Below, in pieces: positions 23,339 through 33,437 of a DNA stretch of 64,000 bases. The position numbers and the translations under genes are program-made. The notes under the pieces were generated by a model that saw only the letters and a list, made by a program, of their open reading frames with translations, made no database searches and had not been told where the DNA came from. Source of the DNA: a bacterium (lineage in GTDB: Bacteria > SAR324 > NAC60-12); the NCBI GenBank assembly GCA_965209155.1, contig OZ242383.1:1056001-1120000 (forward strand), given 5' to 3'. Position 1 is the stretch's first letter, and each line of letters opens with the position of its first letter.

Positions 23339-25522
23339 GTGAGGTCCTTATTTCGAGACTTTGCATCAGAATTTCGCGCAGATATTCAGTCCGCGAAGAC
23401 CGTTCCCGCATTGTCGGCCGGTTTCACTTCCGGCCTGGGTTTGCTCGTTGCCCAGGTTGCCTTCGGGAGCTTCATATTCTCGGGTCCTTTGGCTCCTTAT
23501 TCCTCTTATGGTATCGGACTGGTGCTGTTCGGGAACTTTGCGGCCTGCCTGTTTATCGCCCTGGCGTGTGGCTATCGTGGTGCGATTTCCGGGTTGTCTC
23601 CCGCGTTGGTGATCGTCATGGCCATGATCGGATCCTCGATGGACGTCGAAGGCGAGCCGCTTTTCGTCACCACGGCTGTCACGCTCATCATCAGCGCGGT
23701 CGCTACCGGCATGTGCTGTCTCTTGATCGGACATTACCGGCTTGCTAATTTGGTGCGTTTCATTCCTTATCCGGTTGCGGGTGGATTTGTGGCCGGAATC
23801 GGGGGCGCCGTGTGTCTGGCAGCCATGTCGTTGATGGGAGCGGAACTCGATTGGCAAACGATTCCCGCCCTTGTGGAACCTCCCCTTTTGTGGAAGTGGA
23901 GCCCGGGTGCTGTCTATGGAATCGCTTTGTACCTCGCCATGAAGCGCTGGAGCAACGTGCTTATCCTTCCGCTGAGCGTCGTAGTTGCCGGAACTGCGTA
24001 CCATCTCGCACTCTCCGGCCTTGGCATTTCGGGTGACGCGGCACGAGCGGAAGGTCTGTTGCTCACCAGCACTGCGGACGGTAGCCTGTGGCCGGCGTTG
24101 AGTCCTGTCGACCTGGTACAGGTGGAATGGGCAGCGATTGCCACTCAGGTACCCCATATACTGACCCTGGTCCTGGTTGCTTTCATCTGCGTGATCATGA
24201 ATTTCGCCGGTCTGGAGATTGCGACCAATCAGGAGTTGGACTGGGACCGGGAATTCCGGGTCACGGGGACCGCGAGCGTGATTGCCGGACTCGGCGGCGG
24301 TACGGTAGCGACTATTGTCGTGCCGGCATCCCTGCGCAGCAAGCTGTTCGGTGCCACAACGAAATTGACCGGGGTAGTCGCCGCCCTGGTTATCGGTAGC
24401 GCTTTGTTGTTGGGTGACGAGATGCTGGAACTGGTCCCCTCCCCGCTCGTAGGAGGGATATTGTTTTTCGCCGGCCTCGGCATGTTGGACGAAGGTCTCG
24501 TTAAAAGCCGAAAGTGGCTCCCCTGGTCGGAATACGGCATCATTCTGCTGATATTCATTGCAATCACTTCCATCGGACTGATTGAGGGGGTGGGCATCGG
24601 GATGATCGCCACCCTCATCTTTTTCACTGTGCGTCTCAGTCGCGTGGACCTGATCGAATCACGGTTCACCGCACGTGATTACGAGAGCAATAAGGCCCGT
24701 TCCGTACCCGACCGCGCCATCCTGCTGGAGCGAGGAGAACGGGTACAGGCATATCGACTGCGCGGTTATGTTTTTTTCGGCAGCGTAAGTCCCCTAGCCG
24801 ATCATCTCAGGCAGTCCCTGAGCAGCGCTTCACGTCCGGCTTGCCTGATACTGGACTTCAGTGCCGTCTCCGGATTCGACTTCTCGGCGGTGTATGTTTT
24901 ATCCAGGTTCCTGCAAACGGCGAATGCGGCTGGAGTGCGAGTGGTTTTGAGCGGGTTGTCCGAAGTGTTGAGGGCCGGGATCGAGCGCAGTCTTCCGCCT
25001 TCCGTATATACTGTATTGCTGTTGGAACAAAATGCGGACCGTGCTCTCGAGCGCTGCGAGGACATCGTCATTGAAGCCTGGAATGCGGAGACGGAGAAGA
25101 CGGACGAGAGGCGAGCCGCCCTGCTGGATCATACTGTCGAAGATCTCGAGCGCTACCTGGAGGATCAAATTCATTTCGAAGACCTTATAGAGGACCTCCG
25201 GTATTGGCTGAAACCTCGCCAGTACTCCGTGGGAGAGACCCTCGCAAAAAAAGGGACGCGCCAGGATGGTTTGCAACTGCTGCTTTCGGGCCGCGCCTCC
25301 GGTTACGACTCCACAGGCAAACGCCTCTACCAGTGCGCGCCGGGTGATGCTATATGGTCAAGTGGTTCACCAGGTGATAAAACGAACTCCGTACTTGCGG
25401 ACGAACCCTGCCAGACGATGGTTCTGACGCAGGGCGACCGGGTTTGGCTGGAAGAGCACGAAGAGCGACTGGCTCTCGAGCTGTATCGTTACCTCTTCAG
25501 CAAGCGTCTTCATGAAAAATAA
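23339..25522 (+). CDS. SulP-family anion transporter with STAS and C-terminal cNMP-binding-like domain
   Basis: Multiple TM segments, RFIPYPVAGGF, LRGYVFFGS/LDFSAVSGFDFSA STAS, C-terminal GLQLLLSGR. Confidence 0.85.
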   Translation: MRSLFRDFASEFRADIQSAKTVPALSAGFTSGLGLLVAQVAFGSFIFSGPLAPYSSYGIGLVLFGNFAACLFIALACGYRGAISGLSPALVIVMAMIGSSMDVEGEPLFVTTAVTLIISAVATGMCCLLIGHYRLANLVRFIPYPVAGGFVAGIGGAVCLAAMSLMGAELDWQTIPALVEPPLLWKWSPGAVYGIALYLAMKRWSNVLILPLSVVVAGTAYHLALSGLGISGDAARAEGLLLTSTADGSLWPALSPVDLVQVEWAAIATQVPHILTLVLVAFICVIMNFAGLEIATNQELDWDREFRVTGTASVIAGLGGGTVATIVVPASLRSKLFGATTKLTGVVAALVIGSALLLGDEMLELVPSPLVGGILFFAGLGMLDEGLVKSRKWLPWSEYGIILLIFIAITSIGLIEGVGIGMIATLIFFTVRLSRVDLIESRFTARDYESNKARSVPDRAILLERGERVQAYRLRGYVFFGSVSPLADHLRQSLSSASRPACLILDFSAVSGFDFSAVYVLSRFLQTANAAGVRVVLSGLSEVLRAGIERSLPPSVYTVLLLEQNADRALERCEDIVIEAWNAETEKTDERRAALLDHTVEDLERYLEDQIHFEDLIEDLRYWLKPRQYSVGETLAKKGTRQDGLQLLLSGRASGYDSTGKRLYQCAPGDAIWSSGSPGDKTNSVLADEPCQTMVLTQGDRVWLEEHEERLALELYRYLFSKRLHEK

Positions 25523-25540
25523 AATAATGGAGGCTCCCGG

Positions 25541-26944
25541 TCAGAGTTCTTTCACTGCTTGAATCATATTCTGCAGCACGTCTTTGGCATCTCCAAAAAC
25601 CATCAATGAATTGTCATTGATGAACAGTTGATTGGGAATGCCAGCAAATCCCGGGCTCAAACTCCGCTTGACGATGAAAACGGTTCTTGCCTGGTCCACT
25701 TCCAAAATCGGCATTCCGTAAATAGGGCTGTTCGCTTCATCGCGGGCTGCCGGGTTGACGACGTCGTTTGCGCCAAGAATGATGACCACGTCGGTGTGAG
25801 CAAAATCGGGATTGATTCGATCCATTTCCAACATCAGATCATAGGGCACTTCGGCTTCCGCAAGCAGGACGTTCATGTGTCCGGGCATGCGTCCGGCCAC
25901 CGGATGGATGGCATACGTGACTTTGATTTGGCGTTCCCGGAGCAGGTCTCCCAGTTCCCTGGTGGCATGTTGCGCCTGGGCTACCGCCAATCCGTATCCT
26001 GGTACGAAAATCACGCTTTGAGCCGATTCGAGCATCATCGCCACTTCTTCAGGATCCGCTTGCTTGACCTTTCCCTCATAAAACTCTTTACCGGGAATTG
26101 CCGCTTTTTCGCCTTCACTGACGATTGCGCCGCCAAACAAGACGTTGACCAGGGAGCGGTTCATCGCCTTGCACATGATGTTGGTTAAAATCAACCCGGA
26201 AGCTCCCACCAGGGAACCCCCGATGATCAATCCATTGTTGTTCAGTACGAATCCGGTTGCCGCGGCTGCCAGACCGGAATAGGAATTCAATAAAGAGATG
26301 ACCACCGGCATGTCCGCCCCGCCAATAGGCATCACCAGCAAAACACCCAGGATCAATGAGCCCAGGATTACTGCCAAAAAGAGCCATTCCATTTCAAAGG
26401 GATTGGTCAAAACGACGATTGCGCAGACTACCAGTAAAATGGCCAATCCCTTGATGAAGATCTTGGGAATGGCAACTGCCTGTTCATTGACGATTCCCTG
26501 GAGTTTTCCAAATGCGATGAGACTTCCGGTCAGGGTCACTGAGCCGATCAAGGTACTCAAAATGAGGGCCACGTCCCATTGCAATCCATAGGCATGACCC
26601 CCGCCCCGGACGATTTGAACCGCTTCCAGGTATGCGGATGAGGCCACCAGGAGAGAAGCGCCTCCGCCAAAACCGTTAAAAATCGCCACCATCTGCGGCA
26701 TGGCGGTCATTTCGACGACGCGAGCCAGGTAAGCGCCTATTGCGGAACCTATGAGGATGGCGATGAAAATCCAAAGATAACTGATCACCCCCCGGTCCAG
26801 CAAGGTGACGATCACGGCAATCAACATCCCGATCGCCCCCAGCATGTTCCCTCGAGGGGCGGTGCGTGGGGAGCTGAGATTTTTCAATCCGAGGATAAAT
26901 AAAACTGCGGCGAGCAGGTAGGATAAATGGATAAGCTGTGTCAT
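25541..26944 (-). CDS. pntB: NAD(P) transhydrogenase beta subunit
   Basis: PGYGLAVAQAQ, HPVAGRMPGHMNVLLAEA, GANDVVNP. Confidence 0.98.
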   Translation of the reverse strand: MTQLIHLSYLLAAVLFILGLKNLSSPRTAPRGNMLGAIGMLIAVIVTLLDRGVISYLWIFIAILIGSAIGAYLARVVEMTAMPQMVAIFNGFGGGASLLVASSAYLEAVQIVRGGGHAYGLQWDVALILSTLIGSVTLTGSLIAFGKLQGIVNEQAVAIPKIFIKGLAILLVVCAIVVLTNPFEMEWLFLAVILGSLILGVLLVMPIGGADMPVVISLLNSYSGLAAAATGFVLNNNGLIIGGSLVGASGLILTNIMCKAMNRSLVNVLFGGAIVSEGEKAAIPGKEFYEGKVKQADPEEVAMMLESAQSVIFVPGYGLAVAQAQHATRELGDLLRERQIKVTYAIHPVAGRMPGHMNVLLAEAEVPYDLMLEMDRINPDFAHTDVVIILGANDVVNPAARDEANSPIYGMPILEVDQARTVFIVKRSLSPGFAGIPNQLFINDNSLMVFGDAKDVLQNMIQAVKEL

Positions 26945-26995
26945 GGAGTCCTTCTGTCCCACGTTTTTCGTTTGACCGATCGAGTGGGTACCCTC

Positions 26996-27280
26996 TTATT
27001 TCTTCTTGAACATACGCAGCATCCTGTCTGTCACCATGAAGCCGCCGACTATGTTGATCATTGCCAGAATAATTGCAATCACGCCTAAAATCGTGGAGAG
27101 CCCCGTTGAATTTTCACCACCACCGGCACTCAGGATAGCTCCGATAACCGTGATTCCGGAAATGGCGTTGGACCCACTCATCAAAGGAGTGTGCAGGGTA
27201 GGAGGGACCTTGGTGATGATTTCATAACCTACGAAAATTGATAAAATAAAAATGGTGAACGAGATAATAAAAATTTCCAC
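26996..27280 (-). CDS. pntAB: NAD(P) transhydrogenase alpha subunit part 2
   Basis: VPPTLHTPLMSGSNAISG. Confidence 0.95.
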   Translation of the reverse strand: MEIFIISFTIFILSIFVGYEIITKVPPTLHTPLMSGSNAISGITVIGAILSAGGGENSTGLSTILGVIAIILAMINIVGGFMVTDRMLRMFKKK

Positions 27281-27281
27281 C

Positions 27282-28448
27282 TTACTCTCCTTTTGATTCG
27301 GCAGTGATTACCGAAAGAATGCCATCATGGACGATATTTCCTCGATGCGTGACCATGGTCCCCGCAACCAGTTCATCTTCCCGGTTGATCTCGAACGCCC
27401 CGTCTTTGATCATACTGAGCAGGAAAGAGCTGATATTTTTTGAGTACAATTGAGAAGCATGCCTGGAAATGCGGGCTGCGTGATCAACATATCCCATAAT
27501 CGTCACGCCATGTTTGACGATTTTGTTGTCTTTCACCGTCCCCTCGACGTTTCCGCCTCGTTCTGCTGCCAGGTCCACAATGACGGAACCCGGTTGCATT
27601 TGCCGGATCATCTCATCCGTAACCAGCAAAGGGGACTGCTTTCCCGGAATCGCCGCGGTGGTGATCACGATATCAGCGGCTTTGATGTGTTTGGTCATTT
27701 GCGCCTGTTGCCTTTGATAGAAATCTTCAGACTGCGCTTTCGCATAACCTCCCGCATCTTCCGCATCCCCGGCCTGTATATCCAACTCTACGAATTTTGC
27801 GCCCACGCTCTCCACTTGATCCCTGACAACCGGGCGCGTGTCGTATGCTTCGACCATCGCCCCCAGCTTCCTGGCGGTCGCAATGGCCATCAAGCCAGCC
27901 ACACCTGCGCCAATGACAAAAACTTTCGCCGGGGGAATCGTACCTGCAGCCGTCATCAGCATCGGAAAATATTTGGGAAGCTCGGCAGCGGCTATCACCA
28001 CAGAGCGATAACCGGCAATGGCAGCCATCGAGCTCAAGGCGTCCATACTCTGAGCACGGGTCACTCTCGGCATGAATTCCATGGCAAAACTGGAAATTTT
28101 GCGCTTAGCCAGTTTTTGTACAACAGGCAGGTTGAAATAGGCGTCCATTAAACAAATCAAAGCTTTTCCCTCTCCCAGCAGGTCGACTTCATGCTTTTTC
28201 AGTCGGCTGTTTTCAGCGAGAGGACGGACCTTCAATACTAAATCCGCTTTCTCAAAAAGCGCGACGGTGTCTTTTTCAATCACCGCCCCTGCCTCCACGT
28301 ACTCTTCGTCCGAATGAAAGGCATTCTGACCAGCCTCTTGCTCGATCATCACTTCCAATCCTGCCTTTTTTAAAAGGGAAACCGTAGCTGGAATGATGGC
28401 AACCCGGTTTTCCCCCGCAATGATTTCTTTCGGAATGGCAACAATCAT
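27282..28448 (-). CDS. pntAA: NAD(P) transhydrogenase alpha subunit part 1
   Basis: RAQSMDALSS, GAGVAGL, VDLAAERGGN. Confidence 0.96.
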   Translation of the reverse strand: MIVAIPKEIIAGENRVAIIPATVSLLKKAGLEVMIEQEAGQNAFHSDEEYVEAGAVIEKDTVALFEKADLVLKVRPLAENSRLKKHEVDLLGEGKALICLMDAYFNLPVVQKLAKRKISSFAMEFMPRVTRAQSMDALSSMAAIAGYRSVVIAAAELPKYFPMLMTAAGTIPPAKVFVIGAGVAGLMAIATARKLGAMVEAYDTRPVVRDQVESVGAKFVELDIQAGDAEDAGGYAKAQSEDFYQRQQAQMTKHIKAADIVITTAAIPGKQSPLLVTDEMIRQMQPGSVIVDLAAERGGNVEGTVKDNKIVKHGVTIMGYVDHAARISRHASQLYSKNISSFLLSMIKDGAFEINREDELVAGTMVTHRGNIVHDGILSVITAESKGE

Positions 28449-28580
28449 AAATTCACTTCTCGCATTAATTGAATGCCGCGCGGCTGCGCAGCCGGAAGTG
28501 AACAGCATAAAGATCAAATTTTAAAAATGCAAACATTTTTTATTCCGTCCTCTTCTTTCGTCTTTCGTTTGTACGTCAAC

Positions 28581-28722
28581 AGTCGCAAGTTCCGGTAAGT
28601 TTCTGAACTTATTATATCTATCCTGAACACTGCATCATTTCTGAGAAAGCAGGAATCCAGAGTATTTTCTAGGGCTTAAGCAAAATGTATCCGGGACCGG
28701 GATGACTCAAGAACTTACGATT
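28581..28722. repeat. Degenerate MITE/REP-like element
   Basis: Imperfect inverted ends AGTCGCAAGTTC / GAACTTACGATT around a decayed CATT...GGAATCC...GGGATGAC core. Confidence 0.45.
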
Positions 28723-28881
28723 AAAACTCCTCTTGCGGATAATCACGAGTCACACTGAATCAATCAGTGACCATGGCTATTAATTTATGCCAGACAATTT
28801 ATTCCCGGTATGTTTTGATCATCAAAAACTTCTCATCTAATCAAGCAATAACTCCCCTCAAAAAAACCAATACCGCAATCA

Positions 28882-28989
28882 CCTTTGTGCCTTGGTGCCT
28901 TGGCTCCAGTTATCGGTTGTCAGTTATCGGTTATCAGTTCCTTCACGAGTCTCCTTTGTGCCTTTGTGCCTTTGTGCCTTTGTGCCTTT
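28882..28989. repeat. Short tandem repeats: (CTTTGTGC)n and (GTTATCG/GTTATCA)n
   Basis: Four consecutive 8-mers at ~28954-28988 plus degenerate copies; 7-mer repeats at 28908-28939. Confidence 0.8.
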
Positions 28990-29276
28990 CTACATTGAAT
29001 CCCAAATGGAGTTCTTATTGCAAAACTTGTCTATGTAACATCAGTCAATAATTTCAATCCGATTATGATTCGGGCTTGACATCAACCGGTTTTTGTATAA
29101 ATTGTTGAAATTCCTCAGCCCGTCGGGTAACGATCGACTGCGCGCGAGGGTAGAAGATTACCAGGGAGTGGGGTCTGTTTTCCATCGGTCTGGGAACAGA
29201 TTTTAATTGTTTCAATCCAGAATCGACGTTCATGCGTACTTTCATGCGCACGTGAACGTAAAGAAGAAAGGACAGT

Positions 29277-29486
29277 ATGAAGAAAGTTAAATCAACCATT
29301 ATCGTTATAGTTATTTCAATTTTTGTTTTTACGATTTCGGCCTGTACCACGTCGCATAAAGGCCCCTGGTATACGAATCCTGCATTGTTATGGAGTCTTG
29401 CGGGGATTGCTTCCATCACGGCGGTACACCAATACAATGAGACGGAAAAGGCCAAAAAGAAAATCAAGAAACTCCAAGCGGAATAA
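29277..29486 (+). CDS. Small putative lipoprotein
   Basis: 69 aa, basic N-terminus, hydrophobic stretch, ISAC lipobox, AAGGA RBS. Confidence 0.6.
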   Translation: MKKVKSTIIVIVISIFVFTISACTTSHKGPWYTNPALLWSLAGIASITAVHQYNETEKAKKKIKKLQAE

Positions 29487-29626
29487 TTCGCGTCCTCTTC
29501 TTTCGTTGAGGAAGGTCATCTGGCCCTCGAGGAGCAATCTCAATTTTTCCCCTCGTGTGGCAGGCTTATTTATAACGGATTGATCCATTCAGCTATTCAT
29601 TCTCTTCCGGGTATTAGGAGTATGCC

Positions 29627-30859
29627 ATGAGAAAGATGTTTTTATTTTTAATTGTTGTCACTTTACCGGTATGGTCAATAAATGCTGTTGAACCCGGGAA
29701 TCTTGGAGTGGTCGAATTGAAAAAAGAGGAAGCAATTCAAATTCGTTCATTAACGGCAATGACGAATATCCCGTCATTGGGTGAATCTCAGCGCATCGCA
29801 GTTGAGTTGGCTGCGCAAGATTTTGGTGAGATTTATGGACGCGGCATTGAACTGGGAAGTCCTGTAAGCAGTGATTGTTCTTCAGAAGGTGGGATCGAAG
29901 GGGCGAAAGAAATCATTGCCGATGCTCGGGTCATTGGCGTTATCGGAACCTCATGTTCTGTTTCCGCAGTGGAAGCTTCGCCAATAATCAGTGAAGCAGG
30001 CTTGGTCATGGTGTCTCCTTCCAATACTTCACCCGTGCTCACTGCCGACCTGGAAGGGAATCAAAATTCAAAATATTTCCCGGGTTATTTTCGAGTCTCC
30101 AGTAATGATCTTTATGAAGCCCAAGCTGTTGCCGACTTCGCTTATAATGAATTGGGATTGAGGCGGATGGGAACCTTGCACGATGGCGATCCCTACACGG
30201 AATCCCTCGCCGGTGCCTTTAGCAAAATTTTTCGTAGTTTGGGAGGCGAAGTCCTTTTATCTCAGAATGTCGAAAAAGGGGACAAAGACATGAGCGGAAT
30301 TCTGGAAAAATTCAAGGGGGTCCATCCGGATGGGATCTTCTTCTCCCTCTTCGGGCCCGAAGCCTCACCATTTGTCAGCCAACTTCGAGAATCAGAAGAA
30401 TTCAATGACGTTTTATTGATCATGGGAGCCACGTTGCTTGAATCCGATTTTCTCGCCAATCCCCATTCTGAAGAAATTTATGGAGCCGGACCAGAAACAG
30501 AATTGGGAGAAAATATGAATAGCCTGACCGGGAAGAATACCGGGCAGGTATTGGAGGCATTTAATAATTTACACGGAGGTCCTCCGGTCACACCATTCTG
30601 GGCGCATGCTTACGATGCGACCACGCTTTTATTGAAATCCATTCAGTCTGTTGCGGTCGAAGAAGATGGCATCTTGTATATCGATCGTGCCAAATTGCGT
30701 GAACACCTTTCCAATGCGTCCTTTGAGGGCTTGATTGGCAGGGTTTCATGTAAACCCTTCGGCGATTGTGGGACAGGTCGGGTCAATATCTATCATCATC
30801 TCGATTCAAAAATTACCGATGCTTCGAAATTGAAGATTGTCTTCCAGTTTATCCCTTGA
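29627..30859 (+). CDS. Branched-chain amino acid ABC substrate-binding protein (LivJ-like)
   Basis: Signal peptide, VIGTSCS, MVSPSNTSP, YFRV, AYDAT; AGGAG RBS. Confidence 0.88.
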   Translation: MRKMFLFLIVVTLPVWSINAVEPGNLGVVELKKEEAIQIRSLTAMTNIPSLGESQRIAVELAAQDFGEIYGRGIELGSPVSSDCSSEGGIEGAKEIIADARVIGVIGTSCSVSAVEASPIISEAGLVMVSPSNTSPVLTADLEGNQNSKYFPGYFRVSSNDLYEAQAVADFAYNELGLRRMGTLHDGDPYTESLAGAFSKIFRSLGGEVLLSQNVEKGDKDMSGILEKFKGVHPDGIFFSLFGPEASPFVSQLRESEEFNDVLLIMGATLLESDFLANPHSEEIYGAGPETELGENMNSLTGKNTGQVLEAFNNLHGGPPVTPFWAHAYDATTLLLKSIQSVAVEEDGILYIDRAKLREHLSNASFEGLIGRVSCKPFGDCGTGRVNIYHHLDSKITDASKLKIVFQFIP

Positions 30860-30998
30860 ATTGCTCGATGAACTATCCTGGTGCAGGACATACGGGGTAT
30901 CAAAACGCTTTTGAGAAAAGTCTGGCCTGACCAACATTCTTTTTCGCAAAGCAAAGTGGAAAGTTTTTACCCGGCGCTGGCTGAAATAAGGAGTTTTT

Positions 30999-32165
30999 AT
31001 GAACACTCAAAAATTCAAACCATTCCCATTGTTGTTCGCGATTGTTGCGTTAATTGTCGGAATTACCGCCTGCGATCGAGTTTCCCGGATTATCCGAGCG
31101 ACCCCACCTCAGGTGACGCAAGCTAGCGAAGATATGACCATCGGTGTCGTCTTACCGTTGACAGGTCGACTCAGCGACACGTTTGGCCTCCCAATGTCAC
31201 AAGCTCTTGAAATGGCGCTCGATGAGATCAACGCTGCGCAGCGCAAGGGTCCACAACTCAAATTCATCATGGAAGACGATCGGAGCACAACTGACGGAGC
31301 GGTTGAAGCCTTCAATAAGCTGATTCACACGGACGGGGTGTCCATCATCCTTGGACCTGCATCCTCCGCTCAAGCCAGGGAAACTTTTCCGATCGCGCAA
31401 GAGAACCAGGTGCTGGCAATCAGCCCGACGTCCTCGGCCCGCGGTCTCAGCGCGCTTGGTGATTTTGTTTTTCGTATCGCGCTGACTACGGATAAACTCA
31501 TTCCCAGGGGCATTGAGGTAACCCACGCAAAACTCGGTTACCAACGCGCCGCTACGATATACGACGCAGCCGATTTTTTCTCCACCGACGGGGACGCCTC
31601 CGTACAGGAAGTCCTCACTGCCAAAGGGATTGCGGTGTTGACCACTGAAACTTTCCAAGGTGGGGATACCGACTTTTCTGAACCATTAACCCGAATACAA
31701 AAACTGAACCCCGACGTTATTTTTGTCTCATGCCTGTCGCCGGAGAAACCCGGGATACTCACCCAAGGACGCGAACTCGAAATATCCGCACCCTTTGTTG
31801 TGCGGACATTGACCGGACAAGACGTGCAAGCCTCCGGTCCAGCCGCTGAGGGTTCGATGACTTTCGTAGGATGGGGCGCTCCAATCAACACGCCGGGGAA
31901 TCAAGCTTTCGTGCAGAACTACCATGCCAGGTACGGAGAGGAACCGGTCAATCCCGCTGCGCGTTCGTATGCATCGCTCCATATCCTGGCAGAGGCCATC
32001 GCGAAGGCGCAATCAACGGATGCTGCCTCGATCCGGGACGCGCTGGCCAATGTCAAAGATTTCGACACAATTTTCGGAAAATTCTCTTTTGACGCCCACG
32101 GGGACGCGCTTTACGACGCGAAGGTCTTGATTGTCAAAGATGGCGAATTGGTCGTCTTTGAGTAG
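30999..32165 (+). CDS. LivJ-like ABC substrate-binding lipoprotein
   Basis: ITAC lipobox, IGVVLPLTG, ILGPASS, VFRI, GKFSFDAHGD. Confidence 0.88.
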   Translation: MNTQKFKPFPLLFAIVALIVGITACDRVSRIIRATPPQVTQASEDMTIGVVLPLTGRLSDTFGLPMSQALEMALDEINAAQRKGPQLKFIMEDDRSTTDGAVEAFNKLIHTDGVSIILGPASSAQARETFPIAQENQVLAISPTSSARGLSALGDFVFRIALTTDKLIPRGIEVTHAKLGYQRAATIYDAADFFSTDGDASVQEVLTAKGIAVLTTETFQGGDTDFSEPLTRIQKLNPDVIFVSCLSPEKPGILTQGRELEISAPFVVRTLTGQDVQASGPAAEGSMTFVGWGAPINTPGNQAFVQNYHARYGEEPVNPAARSYASLHILAEAIAKAQSTDAASIRDALANVKDFDTIFGKFSFDAHGDALYDAKVLIVKDGELVVFE

Positions 32166-32409
32166 CCCACTGCCGCCTGACGCACCGGGACTCGCGAACC
32201 TCTCTGATTTCCAATGCATTTACTCGCGGTTCCGGTATTGATTCGTTTCTTCAATGGTTGAACCCCATGAATCCATTATCATCCATCTTCCCTTTCCAAA
32301 GCCGGTCTTTCCAAACGCTCGAGCCTGACCACGAAACAAGCCAATCAATGGCTTATAAATTCACGTAAAAAAGTTTGCATTATTTTTTCAACCATGGTGA
32401 GCTTTAATC

Positions 32410-33324
32410 ATGACGACTTCTCAGAATTCATCTCGAAGGTATTCCAAAAAAACGAGTAAGACAGCCGTACTGGTCGCCACGGTTCGTGCTGCGCATCTGC
32501 GCTGGGATGACCCGCCCCATATATTCGAAGACACCTATGCGATGCAGATGCTGACTCCATTCTGGTATGCGGTCGCGAAGTTCAAGCCGATCAAATGGCT
32601 TGTCGCGGACGTAATCTTGAGCGTCTTCCGTCCTGTCGCTCAGGCAGTCGTACTGCGTTCCCGCTATACGGAGGACCAACTGATTGAAGCAATCGAAGCA
32701 GGCGTTAAACAGTACGTGATTCTCGGCGCGGGTTACGATACCTTCTCCTTGCGACGCAAAGACCTGGCGGACAAAGTGCATGTCTTTGAAGTGGACCATC
32801 CGGCTACCCAGGAAGTGAAGCGGCAGCGTATTCTCAATGCGAACGTCAGCATCCCATCGAATCTCACATTCGTACCCGTGAACTTTGAGGTGGACCGGCT
32901 CGATGAGGAGATGGAAAAGGCAGGCTTCGACTCTCAATTGCCGACCTTCTATTCCTGGCTCGGTGTCACGTACTACCTCATACCCGAGGCAATTCGGAAT
33001 ACCCTCGACCGGATTGCGAAAAAATCAGCACCGGGAAGCCGTATTGTCTTTGACTTCAAAATCGCCAAGCACATGATGTCTGCGGAAGGGCGAACTCTTT
33101 GCGAAAAGATGGAAAATTTCGTGGCGCGCCGGGGAGAACCCATGCTGACCGACTTCACGCCACAGTCGTTGAGCGAGATGATGGCCCGCTATGGCTACAC
33201 TGAGGTGGAGATGATGACCCCGGAGAAGCAGAAGCGGCGTTATTTGGGTGAGCGCACCGACTTAGAGCCAGCGGAGTTCATCTATTTTGCCCAGTTTTCA
33301 CTGGAGTCGCCGTCCATGAGTTGA
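32410..33324 (+). CDS. SAM-dependent methyltransferase (LCM/TIGR00027-like)
   Basis: QYVILGAGYDT, FEVDHPATQ, SWLGVTYYL. Confidence 0.88.
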   Translation: MTTSQNSSRRYSKKTSKTAVLVATVRAAHLRWDDPPHIFEDTYAMQMLTPFWYAVAKFKPIKWLVADVILSVFRPVAQAVVLRSRYTEDQLIEAIEAGVKQYVILGAGYDTFSLRRKDLADKVHVFEVDHPATQEVKRQRILNANVSIPSNLTFVPVNFEVDRLDEEMEKAGFDSQLPTFYSWLGVTYYLIPEAIRNTLDRIAKKSAPGSRIVFDFKIAKHMMSAEGRTLCEKMENFVARRGEPMLTDFTPQSLSEMMARYGYTEVEMMTPEKQKRRYLGERTDLEPAEFIYFAQFSLESPSMS

Positions 33325-33437
33325 TATCGCATCTCGGACAACCCTCCTGCATCCGGCCATAAAGATTGAGCTTCAGGCTTACCATAATTAAGCCCTTTTC
33401 ATCCCCAGATCAAGTGAAAATCACTAATCCAGGAATG

